A DNA stretch of 64,000 nucleotides from positions 19,282,001-19,346,000 of the forward strand of contig OX597829.1 of assembly GCA_951406725.2 (NCBI GenBank). The letters are read 5' to 3'. This stretch comes from Octopus vulgaris. Its lineage: Eukaryota. Of the stretch, positions 1 to 13,094 are shown one piece after another. The translations under genes were made by a program, and so were the position numbers. Numbering within the stretch: position 1 is the first letter of the stretch; every line of letters starts with the position of its first letter. The notes under the pieces are model-generated. The model was not told the origin of the DNA. It was given only the letters and a program-made list of their open reading frames with translations, and did no database searches.

Positions 1-1310
1 AGTGAGTATAAAAGGGAGTTGAACCATATTGCTGTGACAGAGAAGTGGATGGACTCATTCACTAACTGCTGTGCCTATTCAAAAGTGGAACTAAATTCTG
101 ACCATAAAATTGTTTCCTGCCACTTCCAATTGGAATTTAGTTGACGAGCACTGGAATTCAAGAAGCATACGACATTCAACTGGATGATACTGCCAAATGA
201 CAATGAGAAAAGGACAAATTTCCAAACCAAATTAAACTCTGCCCTCACTGAGAATCTCAGTAGCAATAATGGCATAAGCACTGACGAAATGAACAATGTT
301 TTAATATCAACCATTACAAAAACCGCAGAGGAAACAATTGGCAAGCGGAATCCTAATAGTAAAAACTCACCATGGGCTTCAGAGGTCACATTGGAACTGA
401 TAGATAATTGCCATAATTTGTAAATGAAATACCTCAAACAGAATGAATCTCATAGAAATGTCATCAATGCCAACCATTTACTCTTTTACTTGTTTCAGTC
501 ATTTGACTGTGGCCATGCTGGAGCACCACCTTTAGTCAAGTGAATCGACCCCAGGACTTATTCTTTGTAAGCCTAGTACTTATTCTATCAGTCTCTTTTG
601 CTGTACCGCTAAGATATGGGGATGTAAACACACCAGCATTGGTTGTCAAGTGATATTGGAGGGACAAACATAGACACACAAACATGCACACGCACTCATG
701 CATATATATATACATATATACGACGGGCTTCTTCCAGTTTCCGTCTACCAAATCCACTCACAAGGCTTTGGTCGACCCAAGGCTATAGTAGAATGCACTT
801 GCCCAAGGTGCCGTGCAGTGGGACTGAACCCGGAACCATGTGGTTGGTAAGCAAGCTACTTACCACACAACCACTCCTGCACCTTACAAGCAAAACAGAA
901 AATGATGCATGCTAAGCATCTGCAAGAAAATTGGATCCTTTGATTATGACCTGCTGACACAAAGAGGCTTACAGAGTGATAAGAATGCTGAGGAAAAGAA
1001 TCCAACAGCAAGGTATTCAACAAATTTGCAATGAGCATGTTAGGGAATGCAAGCTGAAAAGTTATCACGCAGTAACTCAGGGTTCAACAATGCACACAAA
1101 GTGTCCACTGAAAATTTCAAGATGTCTGAACTGCTTGTTGTACTCAAGGAGGCATCAAATGGCAAAGCAGCTGGTACAAAATTCAGTCTTGTAAACAAAT
1201 CACTCAAATATGGGGGAAAAACACCTCAAGCAGCATTCATCAACACATGCAACAAGGTTCTCTTAACAAGTGTGCCTCCTAGTGAATGGAGGTCATCAAT
1301 CAAGGTACCA
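1..1310 (+). mobile_element. Decayed APE-type non-LTR retrotransposon ORF2 (endonuclease end, linker, start of RT), interrupted by a SINE at ~477-885
   Basis: Translations: HIAVTEKW..NCCAYSKVELNSDHKIV (APE C-terminal SDH motif); SPWASEVTLELI linker; ELLVVLKEASNGKAAG..LKYGG..CNKVL...PSEW (pre-RT domain 0). Stops and frameshifts present. Confidence 0.8.
477..885 (-). mobile_element. tRNA-derived SINE family A (~400 bp, central TA/CA microsatellite), full length
   Basis: Minus strand: gcaggagtggttgtgtggtaagtagc...ccgggttcagtccc (A/B-box-like head), accttgggcaagtg, 3' end gactgaaacaagtaaaagagt. About 20 homologous copies in the window. Confidence 0.9.
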
Positions 1311-1625
1311 CCATCTGTTCAAAGCTACGGTTACACACAGCAGCCATTGAAACCTGAAGAAACAAGACCCCTTTCATCAGTTTTTTCTGGGTGTTTGGTC
1401 TTGAAAACCTTTTGTAACTGCCTCAGCAAGTTGGCCTTTTGCATCCCAAAAAAACTGAGGCCGTCACCTTCCCTGCAGATGAAGCGACCTTGGCTTTCTT
1501 TGGAGCAGATAAGGAGGGGTGTTTCCACAGCATGGATTGTCTCCTTCTCTCTGGCTCAAACTGATGAACCCTACACTCATCCTGGCTTAGGAAACGCTCA
1601 AGGAAACCAGCTTTGACAGTCAGCT
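1310..1625 (-). mobile_element. Mariner (DD34D) transposase catalytic-domain fragment
   Basis: Minus translation GFLERFLSQDECRVHQFEPERRRQSMLWKHPSLSAPKKAKVASSAGKVTASVF..LRQLQKVFKTKHPEK matches the mariner T-DETWV..WKH..PKK..AGKVMASVFWD pattern. Confidence 0.85.
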
Positions 1626-1738
1626 AGACAGAAACGATACAGTTATTAATAAGAAAGATTGAAATTAATGTATGGAAGATTTCACAGCACTAGCATCATC
1701 CCTTCATTGTCAGCCTACGAACTTTTCAGCTGATCCTT

Positions 1739-1784
<46 letters not shown>

Positions 1785-1871
1785 GTGTGTGCACGTGCGT
1801 GCATGTGAGTGTGTGCGTGCGTGCATGTGTGTGTGTGCGTGCATGCATGTGTGTGTGTGTGTGTGTGTGAT

Positions 1872-2045
1872 GTAAAAAGCACTCAGTCCACTCTGTCGGT
1901 TGGTTGGTGTCAGGAAGAGCATCCAGTTGAAAGATCCCTGCCAAAACAGACACAGTGGCCTGGGGTAGTCTTCTACCTGGCTCTTGTCAACTGCCCTACT
2001 CATGCATGCATGGAAGACAGATGTTTATTAATGATGATGGTGATG
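1872..2045 (+). mobile_element. Short RTE-tail-like repeat ending in (GAT)n
   Basis: gtaaaaagcac..ggttggtgtcaggaagagcatccag..ccatgc..gcatggaa..(gat)n. Related copies at ~5285-5370, 26570-26795, 33690-34105, 54790-54895 and, inverted, at the RTE 3' end 32450-32650. Confidence 0.7.
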
Positions 2046-2424
2046 GTTATATGTATGTATGTATGTAATATACATACATACATACATACATAGACAGATG
2101 TGTGTGTGTGTGTGTGTGTATCTTTGAACTTGCATTTATTTGTCCCTCAGCATCACTTGACAGTTAGTGTTGGTTTATTTATGTCCCTGTAACTTAGTGG
2201 TTTAGCAAAAAGAGACTGACAGAATAAGCATCATGCTTTAAAAAGAAAATGAAATAAAAGCAAGTTTTGGGGTTGATTTGTTTAAGTAAACCTTTAAAAG
2301 GTTGTACTCCAGCATGGCCACAGTCCAATGATGGAAAGAAGTAAAAGATAAAAGATAAAGATTGGTCATGATTGATTTTAAAAATCCATTGATTTTCTTA
2401 ATCAGGGCAGCTTTGGAGCTATAT

Positions 2425-2579
2425 ACAACCACCAACAACATCAACAACAACAACAGCAGCAGCAGCAGCAATAGTGAAAACAACAGCTGCAACAACAACA
2501 GCAGCAGCAGCAAAAGCAGCAACAATAGCAACAACAACAACAGCAGCAGCAATAGCAACAACAACAACAACAGCAACAA

Positions 2580-2614
<35 letters not shown>

Positions 2615-2987
2615 ATAGCAACTACAACAGCAGCAACAACAACAGCAACAGCAACAGCAGCAAAAACAACAGCAACAACAGCAGCAACAGCAGCAACAAC
2701 AACAGCAGCAGTAACAACAACAACAGCAGCAGCAGCAAAAACAACAACAACAGCAGCAGTAACAACAGCAACAACAGCAGCAACAACAACAACAACAGCA
2801 GCAGCAGCAGCAGCAGCAAAAACAACAACAACAACAGCAGCAGTAACAACAACAACAGCAGCAGCAGCAAAAACAACAACAGCAGCAACGACAGCAGCAG
2901 CAACAACAGCAGCAAAAACAACAACAACAGCAGCAGTAACAACAGCAACAACAGCAGCAACAACAACAGCAGCAGCAGCAAAAACAA

Positions 2988-3022
<35 letters not shown>

Positions 3023-3160
3023 ACAACAGCAAAAACAACAACAGCAGCAACGACAGCAGCAGCAGCAGCAACAACAGCAGCAAAAACAACAACAACAGCA
3101 GCAACAGCAGCAACAACAACTAAAACTACTACAACAACAACAACACCAGCATCAACAACA
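2425..3160. repeat. Compound (AAC/AGC)n trinucleotide tract, ~730 bp
   Basis: Direct reading; includes recurring higher-order blocks such as agcagcaaaaacaacaac and agcagtaacaac. Confidence 0.95.
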
Positions 3161-3636
3161 ACCCTGAGTGTAAAAGCTACTGAATGTTTAGAGCAAGGGG
3201 TTGATGGAATTCTTATAGAGTGCAGATCCCATCTTGACCAATGAGAAATAATTGGTATTCCTATCATTTCTCTCTTCAATGGCAGCGTGAGTGGTCGGAA
3301 CGAGTTAACAAACCTTAATTGTTGTTATTGCTGCTGATGCTACTGCTGCTGCTGTTGATGATGTTGTTGTTGTCGTTGGTGTTATTTATGTTGTTTAAGC
3401 CTGGAGCTAAACTATATCTGTAGCATTATTCTGTCACATGACCTGCTGTCTTGACCAATGAGAATCAGCTTCATGGCTGGTTCTCTGCCAATACATCTCT
3501 TCTTTCATTGAGTATTAAACCTGAACAAGTTTCCATTAGTAATGCCTAAGTATGCAGGAAACTTTGAGTTGTAAAAAAATAGAAAGAGTTGTCGACATTG
3601 TGTGTGTGTGTGTGTGTGTATGTGTCTCTCTCTCTT

Positions 3637-3865
3637 TTTTACTCTTTTACTTGTTTCAGTCATTTGACTGTGGCCATGCTGGAGCACTGCCTTTAGTCGA
3701 CCAAATCGCCCCCAGGACTTATTCTTTGCAAGCCTAGTACTTATTTTATTGGTCACTTTTGCCGAACCGCTAAGTTACGGGGACATAAACACACCAGCAT
3801 AGGTTGTCAAGCGATGTTGGGGGGGGGACAAACACAGACACACAAACATATACACACACATACAT

Positions 3866-3920
<55 letters not shown>

Positions 3921-4087
3921 TATGATGGGTTTCTTTCAGTTTCCATGTACCAAATCCACTCACAAGGCTTTGGTCAGCCCGGGGATATAGTAGAAGACAC
4001 TCGCCCAAGGTGCCACACAGTGAGACTGAACCCAGAACCATGTAGCTGGTAAGCAAGCTACTTACCACACAGCCACTCCTATGCCTA
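3637..4087 (-). mobile_element. SINE family A, full length
   Basis: Homologous over its whole length to 477-885. Confidence 0.9.
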
Positions 4088-4344
4088 TATATATGTTTTG
4101 TATACATTCGAGGCTTTCTTCCAAGGAGTCTAATGCGCTTGGCTTAGATTTTCCTTTGGAGCTGGCCAGATCGGAACAATCTCAAGATTAATCAGCCGAA
4201 ATTGCGAAGATGATCCGGTTCTTGACTGAAGATTGAAGGCTTCGAATGTCCCGTCCGTGTTTTTTGTATCATCTTCTAAATGTTTCACGTTCTTGTCCCA
4301 GTTTGTATTTTTTTACATTTACATATATATATATGTATATATAT

Positions 4345-5260
4345 ATAATTTCAACAATTGAGGGTAAAATTAATTAATTATTAATCAATTTCACCAAGTA
4401 TTCAGTATGAGGGTAAAATTAATTAATTATTAATCAATTTCACCAAGTATTCAGTATGTAAAGGGACCATTTAGCTGATCTAGAAACGTACGTTCTCAAA
4501 TAACCTTCGCAATTGTGATTTTTTTAATGTTTTTACCCCCATACCTTCGTGGGCTATTTTGAGTAAGCACTATCTGAGAGAAATTTTCTTTAAGTATTAG
4601 AATTTGGCTAAAAAAATTTTTTTTGGCTGCTATTTCTAATGAGTTCAGTATGTGGCAAAGTAATTTATTTTACTAAGCCCTTTATAAAATGTAATATTTT
4701 GAATTCGCCTTAAATGGTCCCTTTACATACTGAATACTTGGTGAAATTGATTAATAATTAATTAATTTTACCCTCAATTGTTGAAATTATAATTCATTTC
4801 TCTCTGTTTAATGCTTCGGTTTTCACGGATAAAATTATGGTGTTTGCTAGGTTAGCCCACGTGGGTGGAAAGGGGAGGGCAGAAATTCTTCGCTTGCATA
4901 TTTTGAATTTGTTGGCACTGTTAGTCTGAACGGATCTTCGGAGGTGAAAAGTCGCCAAAAGGGTATGCTCCTACTTTCAGTGTTTACAAATCCGAATTAA
5001 GGAATTTTGGGCTGACGAAAGAAATGTCGAATTGTATTTGGCTGATCTAGAAACGTACGTTCTCAAATAACCTTCGCAATTGTGATTTTTTTAATGTTTT
5101 TACCCCCATACCTTCGTGGGCTAATTTGAGTAAGCACTATCTGAGAGAAATTTTCTTTAAGTATTAGAATTTGGCTAAAAAAATTTTTTTTTTGGCTGCT
5201 ATTTCTAATGAGTTCAGTATGTGGCAAAGTAATTTATTTTACTAAGCCCTTTATAAAATA
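4345..5260 (+). mobile_element. Penelope-like pseudo-LTR / retrozyme-like non-coding element in (TA)n
   Basis: Direct repeat 4474-4690 = 5041-5259; inverted copy 4346-4473 of 4711-4791; hammerhead motif at 5006-5067; (TA)n on both sides. Confidence 0.7.
5006..5067 (+). ncRNA. Type I hammerhead ribozyme motif
   Basis: tttggg-CTGACGA-[..gtcgaat tgt atttggc..]-GAAAC-gtac-GTT-ctcaaa. Stem I is 6 bp, the stem III loop is palindromic, and the base of stem II is mismatched. Confidence 0.6.
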
Positions 5261-5794
5261 TATATATATATATTTATTTATAACCTGGTGCAGCTCTCTA
5301 GCTTTCCAGTTTTGGTCAAACTGTCCAACCCATGCCAGTATGGAAAGTGGATGTTAAATAATGATAATGATGTTGATTATTACCTCCACCTTAGTAAGGG
5401 CAGAAGTATTGTTTTCAGTTGTGTTTGTTTGTTTGTCTGTGGACAAGATATCTCAAGAACTGCTTGATTAATTCAGATGAAACATTAGAATTCAACTCAT
5501 TCTTCAAGCAGATTCGTCATCCAGCTTCAGTCCATCAAAACAACCTGTCTTCAGTAGCAATAACTTTACTTTGATTACTATTGCTATCTTTAACATTGAT
5601 TTCAAATTTTGGCACAATGCCAGCAATTTCATGGTGATGGTGGTGGTGGTGGTGGTGGTGGTGATGGTGGTAGGTCGATTACATCGACCCCTCCCCCCAC
5701 CGCACTGCTCAACTGGTACTTTATTTTATTCACCCAGAAAGAATGAAAGGCAAAGTCAACCTTGGCAGTATTTGAACTCAGACTCTAGAGACAG

Positions 5795-6100
5795 ACATTG
5801 TTTGTTCCTTCTCAAGCCATGCCTGGCTCATAGGGCTGGTTTCCTGGTTTCCTTGGAGTATAGGTTCCCCACCTGGACAGGATACCAGTCCGTTGCAGGT
5901 GAGCTGCAAGATGCAGGAGGAAAGAGTGAGAGAAAGTTGTGGCGAAAGAGTCAGCAGAAGTTTGCCATTACTTTCTGCCGGAGCCACGTGGAGCTTAGGT
6001 GTTTCGCTCATAAACACACACATCACCTGGACTGAGATTCAAACCTGTGATCCCTCGACTGTGAGACTGCTGCTCTAACCACTAGGCTATGTGCCTCCAC
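5795..6100 (-). mobile_element. tRNA-derived SINE (family B-related head)
   Basis: Minus strand gtggaggcacatagcctagtggttagagcagcag...ggtttgaatctc A/B boxes; body similar to 24030-24220. Confidence 0.75.
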
Positions 6101-6301
6101 AGAAACAGACATACTACCACTAAAGCATTTCTCTTGCCATGCTAATGATTCGGCCAACTTGCCAATAATAATAAGCCTTTCTATTATAGACATAATCTTG
6201 AAATTTTGGGGAAGGAGGTCAGTCAATTACATCAACCCCAGTGTTCAACTGGTACTTATTTTATCAACCCTGAAGGGATGAACGGTAAAATTCTGCCTCA
6301 G

Positions 6302-6848
6302 TGATGCAGTACCAGGCAGTGACTCCCATGACTTCTTAAATGGTTGGAAGTGTTATCATGCACATTGTTTTGTCTTGGTATAAAAGATGGGCTACAGCAA
6401 ATATTCTGCTCCATACCACAGATTTGCTTGTTAGTTGTTTGACCTTAACCAGTTGACCATGTCCCTTAGTGGCTGACGATATGTGCATCTCTGATCACGA
6501 GCAGAAGTAGCAGGGGAGCATCATAGCCATGTGTTGAGAGGGATTCTTTGGGGTTTGGATAATTCACTTCTGGAAACAGGGTTGTTTTGTTCAACATCCT
6601 TAAACAACCCTTATTCAGTGACCTTTTGAGCGGGATGGGTTACTCGACTAGAAGAAAATTCTAACTGGGCCCCACCTGTGAGGTCATGTGCTGTTTATCT
6701 TGATATGAGATCACCATGGCACACACATATGGTTGTGATGCATGTGCCTGGTGTACCCTTATCAGACGAGTAGTCATGATGGGTATACTGGGCTTCGTAT
6801 ATTTTACCCCAGTGTCACTTTGATGGCATGCACTGCTCTCTCACTCAA
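6302..6848 (+). mobile_element. ~550-bp non-coding interspersed repeat ending in (TAA)n
   Basis: Highly similar copies at 25100-25556 and 25576-26101; all end ...gcactgctctctcactcaat. Confidence 0.85.
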
Positions 6849-6865
6849 TAATAATAATAATAATA

Positions 6866-6898
<33 letters not shown>

Positions 6899-6899
<1 letters not shown>

Positions 6900-7318
6900 G
6901 AGCATCAAAGGCTGGATATAGTAACTTTTAGGAAGGACAAACAAGAGTGCCTAGTTGATGTGGCAGTGCCAGGAGATCAACATATCATCATGAAAGAAAG
7001 AGAAAAGTTTGGTAAATATGGAGACCTGAGAATTGAGATTGCTAAGATGTGGAAGCTACGAGAGTCAAACATAAAGGTTATCCCTATTGTCATTGGAGCA
7101 TTGGGTTCAATACCAATCAATCTGAGGAACGTCTGAAAACCATAGAAATACCCTACAATCTAGGTATATTGCAAAAGTCAGCATTACTTAGAACTGCAAG
7201 CATATTGCGTAAAGTACTGTCTGTCGAAAGTCCTTGTTGTAACTTGACAAACAGTACAAACTCCCGGTAGACACAATAACTTCAATCAACAACCTTACAA
7301 TAATGTGCGACGTTTATA
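6899..7318 (+). mobile_element. 5'-truncated R4/Dong-clade non-LTR retrotransposon (restriction-like endonuclease C-terminus) in (TAA)n
   Basis: HQRLDIV..VDVAVPGD..EKFGKYGDL..VIPIVIGALG..LQKSALLRTASILRKVL; (TAA)n on both sides, the known target of Dong-like elements. Confidence 0.85.
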
Positions 7319-7518
7319 ATAATAATAATGATGATGATGATGATGATTTCAAGTTTTTCCACAAGGTTGACAATTTTGAGGGGATGGGATGAGTCAATTA
7401 CATCAACCCCAGTGATCAACTGGTACATATATTTTATCAACCCTGAAAGAATAAAAAGTGAAGTCGACCTTGGCAGAATATGAAGTCAGAATGTGAACGA
7501 TTCTGCCAGCTTGCTGCC

Positions 7519-7564
<46 letters not shown>

Positions 7565-8214
7565 TAATAATCTTTTCTACTAAGTACTGGCATTTTACTG
7601 GTACTTAATTTATCAATCCCAAAAGGATGAAAGGTAAAGTCAACAATTGAACACAGAACGTAGAGACAGATGAAACATTTCGCCCGGTGTGCTAACGTTT
7701 CTGCCAGCTTGCCGCCTTAACTACACAACTAAAAATAGTAGTAGTAGTAGTAGTAATAGTAGTAGTAGTAATAATAGTAGTAGTAGTAGTAGTAGTAATA
7801 ATAGTAGTAGTAGTAGTAGTAACCGCGCTAACAATAACACCAACTTCAGTTAGTAATACTTAATGGTTATAGTAACTGTAACAACTACAGAAGTACTATC
7901 AACAACATTAATACTAACAGCAACAGGAACAATACATATTAGTATATACATGTTTTTTTATTTGATTATTTTTGTCCTTTTTTTTATATTATTATTATTT
8001 ATTTTTTTCACTGAAATGTTATCATTAAAGCTTGTCTAATTGAAAACTTTGTTGTCGAACTATTGATTCGGGGGAATCAATGGCAAGATGTTTGATCTGT
8101 GCAGTCTTTCCTTTGTTTCGCAGATCATTGTGTATTGGGGTAGAAAGCATACAGGGGTGGAGACAGACAGACAGACAGACAGGCAGGCAGACAGACAGAT
8201 AGATAGATAGGCGG

Positions 8215-8720
8215 ACACACGCGCACATGCATACACATGCACACATGCCCACACACATACACATGCCCGCACACACATGCTTGCACATGTGCATGCACAC
8301 GCACACACACATACACACACACACACACACACACAAGAACACATACACATGCCCACACACAAACACATGCTTGCATGCACACACACACATACACACACAA
8401 ACACACACACATACACATGCCTACACACAAACAAGCACATGCTTGCATGCATACACACTCACACATACACATGCCCACACACAAACATTAAAAACATGCT
8501 TGCATGCACACATTCACACACACACAGAAACACACACAATACACATGCCCACAAAACGAACACATGCTTGCATGTACACACACACACACACACTCACACA
8601 TTCTCACATACACACAAACACACACAATACACATGCCCATACACAAACACATGCATGCATGCGGACATGCACATACAGGCACACATACACACACACACAC
8701 ATACACACAAGCACACACAG
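8215..8720. repeat. CA-rich minisatellite (unit ~acatacacatgcccacacacaaacacatgcttgcatgc + (CA)n)
   Basis: About 6 recurrences of cacatgcc...cacatgcttgcatg. Confidence 0.85.
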
Positions 8721-9664
8721 ATGCAGAGTCTGGCAGATAGACATATGATGCAAATATAAATGAAATAAAAATTGAAGAACAAATGGAATAAGGAGGTGAA
8801 GAAATGCGGTAGGGTGAGTATGGGGGTAGAAAAGATAACATAGAAGAAGGGTGGAGAAGAAAAAAAGAAAGAGACAAGAAAGAAGGAAAATGAAAGTCAG
8901 AAAACAAAAAAAAAACAAAAAAAAAGGAGGAGAAGGAAAGGGAAAAAGAGAAAGAGAAATATGAAAGAAGGAAGGAAGACAATAGGACGGGTAGAAAGAG
9001 GTGAAAAGTTAATTGAAAAAAAAAATAGAAGCATGAAAGCAAATATAGATTAAAAAAGACTACAAATAAATGAAAAAGAAAAACCAAAAAATAAATGTTT
9101 TAAGGAAATAAAACAGTCATGGAAATATAAAATTTTTTGTTTTTTAAAAATCGATAAAAGAGAAAGAAAGAAAGAACAATGAAGAGTATAAAACCCAATA
9201 AATATCTATGTTAAAATTCATTTTCCATATTTTTTTTTTGGTGTCTTCTTTTCAAATATTACTAATATCTCCATTTTTTTTTGTTTGTTTTTGTTTTACG
9301 TTCAGGACAGAACTGAAGCTACATCCCACAAACATTGTAAACCACATCAAAGGAATACCCATGTGTATGATTTTGCATGTGTGTGTGCGGTGGGGGTGAA
9401 CCTTCTTTTTGCTTTACCCAATTATTCTTTCCACCAACCCCCACTAGCCTCAACTAGAATTGGAGTTTTTTTCCCCCCTGGCATTCTTACACTGCCAATG
9501 GTTTGTTTTTTTTTTTTACATTTTAACCTGCAGCGGGCCAAACCTCATTTGCATCAATCTCGCTAATTCTGAGTGAACCTAAATGAACCTGAAAAATTTA
9601 GGTGGACAACCTTATGATAAAGTAATCTTCCTTCTTCAGCAGGTGCAGCTGTGTTGGCAAAGTA

Positions 9665-9928
9665 GTGGGTTCATGGTAAGTAGTTTGCTTCCCAGCCACA
9701 TGGTTCCAGGTCCAGTCCCACTGTGTAGCACCATGGGTAAGTTTCTTCTGCTATAACTAAGGCCTTGTGAGTGGATTTGATAGATGGTAACTGAAAAAGC
9801 TGGTCATATATATATATACTTATGTATATATATATTTATGTATATATATATATGTATATATATATTTATGTATATATATATATATGTATATATATATATG
9901 TATATATATATATGTATATATATGTATA

Positions 9929-9978
<50 letters not shown>

Positions 9979-10915
9979 AACCCACAAGGGTAAACAAGAG
10001 AGATAGAGACAGGCAGAAACAAGGAAAATGCCCCTTGTATTTGAATACTATGCAAATATTCTTTTAAAAACTTTTTTGCTTTAATTTTTCCAAAATTTAA
10101 TTGTTTTCTACACTTACAGTCAAAAGAGTTTCAATGACTGAAACCGGTACTGAAATGTTTTTTTATAAAATTATTTTAGCATTTTCTACCTGGACTTTTT
10201 TTTTCCATACTTATATAGTAATTTTTTGCTAGTTTTGTTTTGTCTTTTTGTCTTCTCTCCTTGTGCTGTATGAACATTTAAGGTGGTTTTAGAGTCAGAT
10301 TCTGGCTGCTATTTTCAGCATGGCGGTATCTCGTAGATACCCTAAATTATAATTTTAATAATAATTATTACCTTTGAAGGTTTTTATTTCTATGCTGGCC
10401 ACTTGATAAGATCGTTATGTAATTTAAATTAACGATCTTATCCTTATATATATATATGTATGTGTATGTATGTTTTTATGTATTTATGTGTCATCTATTT
10501 TTTAATTATTATAAATCTTCCATTAAGGAGGGAGCCGGTTTCCAACAAAGATACAAGGCTCCATCTTTGGGATGTAGTTAACACAGACATATTTACATTT
10601 GGAACTTGAGAAAAGTCTTGCATAATTTTACTGTTCCACTTACAGATTTAATATATGTATGTGTATATGTATGAATGAACATATATATCTATCTGTGTGT
10701 GCCTTTGTGTCTGTGTTTGTTCCCCACCCTTGCTTGACAACCGGTGCTGGTGTGTTTATATCCCCGTAACTTAGCAGTCCAGCAAAAGAGACCAATAGAA
10801 TAAGTACTAAGCTTGGGAAAATTAATAAAGCCTGGAGTCAGATTGTTCAGCTAAAACATTTCCAGGTGATGCTCCAGCACAGATACAATCAAATGACTGA
10901 AACAAGTAAAAGATA
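9665..10915 (+). mobile_element. SINE family A split by expanded (TA)n and a ~470-bp insert (9976-10445)
   Basis: Head at 9665-9800, tail at 10690-10915. The insert shares tggctgctattt with the 4345-5260 family. Confidence 0.7.
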
Positions 10916-11870
10916 ACCCAGGAAAGATGAAAGGCAAAGTCAACCTCACTGCAATTTGAACTCAGAACATAACAACCACTAAGCACGTTCCTAGATGAGC
11001 CAATAACTTTGCTTGCTTGCTGCCTTCACACATCACCCAGACTCACTAATATAAAAACAAATTTGTTATTGAAAGTTATAATTTTAAATTTCACTAACAT
11101 GAGTACATTCATAACAAGTTACAATAAGGTCAGACAAAATGCTTGAATGTCATTTCTTCAGCGCTCTGCATTCTGAGTTCAAATTCCATTGAGATTAACT
11201 TAATCTTTTCTCCTTTCAGAGTCAATAAAATAAGTTCCAGTTGAGCACTGTGGTCAATGTGATCAACTAGCCCCTTTACTCTAAATTTCAAATCTAGGAA
11301 CATAAACTGTGACTAAGGTTTGGTAGAATATTTTAATCAGAACTTTTGAAAACAAGTCATTTGTACTACAGAGCCAGAGGTGGTTTCAGCAGAGTTGGTA
11401 TCAAAAGGGTTAAGTTGGTGAGCTGGAAGAACCCTTAGCATGCCAGACATCTTTACACTCTGAGTTCAAATACTACTTTGCCTTTCATCCTTTTGGGGTT
11501 GATAAAATAATATCAGTTGAGCTCTGGGATTGATGTAATCACCTTACCTTTCTATCCTGAAATTGCTGGCTTTGTGTCTAAATTTGAAATCATTAGGAGT
11601 AGCATTAAATATGAGAAAAAAAAAACTAAAATCTGTTTCCTTGAATTAAAATTTTTCTGTTAAAATATTATAATTTTAAATTCATAAAAGAAAAAGTAAT
11701 TTTGAGTTCTCCATATCAGGCATGGCTGTGAGGTAAAAAGTTTGCCTCCTAACCACTTGATTCTGGGTTCAGTCCCACTGTGTGACACCTTGGGCAAATA
11801 TCTTGGACCAATCAAAGCTTTGTGAGTGGATCTGGGGGTGGGAAACTAAAATAAACCTGTTGAATATATA

Positions 11871-12285
11871 CAGGTGTGATAGGTAAAATGTTGGCATATT
11901 TTTAATGACACATATGTGCATTGTTTGTTTTTGTAGGGTGAGTTGGTCACCTGACTCCCCAGACTGCAACCCCCTTGATTATTATGTGTGATGCACAGTT
12001 GTGCAAGAGACCAACAACTCCATGTAACACCAAAGATGAGCTGAAGGCAAGAATTATGGTAGCATCCACAAACTTCAACAAGGAGACCATCTAGAATTGC
12101 AGGAGATTCTGAAGTCATATGGAGGCTGTAGTTGAAGCCAATGGCGATTTTATTGTATAAATTTACTCTTTAGATATTTACTCAAGATATTTTTATGCAA
12201 TTTTGGTAAATATATGTTAAAATGAGATATCAGTGTTATCTTCATTTTTGCGTAATTTAGATGACAATATATTCATTGCACCCTG
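11871..12285 (+). mobile_element. Internally deleted Tc1/mariner-superfamily element nested in a SINE A (11718-12710)
   Basis: TA|caggtgtgat ... attgcaccctg|TA termini; encodes WSPDSPDCNPLDYYV..NTKDELKARI..EAVVEANGDFI, a transposase C-terminus. Confidence 0.85.
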
Positions 12286-13094
12286 TATGTATGTATGTAT
12301 GTATGTGTGTGTGTATATATATATGTATATATATTAATTGAAATATATATATCCCTTATGGATGATCCTACTGATAAGTTTCACACTAGAGGTTCAACAT
12401 AGTGTTGGGTAATAGTCTGATTATATAACCCTGCACTTTTCAGAGATGGCAATTATGGAATGAAATTTTTTGAGTGTACATGAGTGTGTGTAATTTGAGT
12501 CTGTGTTTGTCCCCCCACCACTGCTTCACAATTGATGGTGGTGTGTTCACATCCCCATAACTTAGCAGTTCGGTAAAAGATACTGATAGAATAAATACCG
12601 GGCTTTCCAAAAAAGTAATAAGTACTAGGAGTCCATTCATTCAACTAAAATTCTTGAAGGCAATGCCCCAGTATGGCCACAGTCTAATGACTGAAGCAAA
12701 TAAAAGAGGTAAGATATCAGATGAAAATACAGCATATTCAAAGTTGTGTTATTTCAAGTTAGTGAGATACTTGCATTTGATATTTATTACGAATAATTTT
12801 AATTACTGGTACTCTAACATAGCTTCAGTATTATGGCTGCTTGCTTTGTGATATCATGTTGGTTTCTTTTAATTCACAAACTAAAGTAAGTAAGCAATTC
12901 GCATGCTAAACTAGTTTCCACTAATTATGCTCTGTAACAGTAGCTCTCTCATCAAACCAGCTGAATTTGATCAGTTAAATTTGTTTTAATCACAAAGCTA
13001 CATATTATTTTCTTTTGTTTTTAATTTTACATCGACCTCACATTTGGTATTTCAAGCTGTTCTTCTGGAGATTCCATGCCCACTTTACGCAAAA

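Noticed and set aside
643-915. Recurrent ORFs such as RHLPKVPCSGTEPG / SQGFGRPKAIVEDTCPRC
   Set aside because: Antisense translations of SINE A, not a gene family.
2238-3279. Long poly-Asn/Ser, poly-Thr/Ala, poly-Val/Ala and poly-Leu ORFs
   Set aside because: Open in nearly all frames because AAC/AGC repeats lack stops; no flanking coding signal.
4105-4320. Structured CpG-rich insert with cagccGAAAT and CTGAAGA
   Set aside because: Could not assemble the motifs into a consistent hammerhead topology.
10117-10152. cagt-CAAAAGA..GAAACCGGTActg hammerhead-like remnant
   Set aside because: The CUGA core is not intact; too degenerate to call without a consensus.
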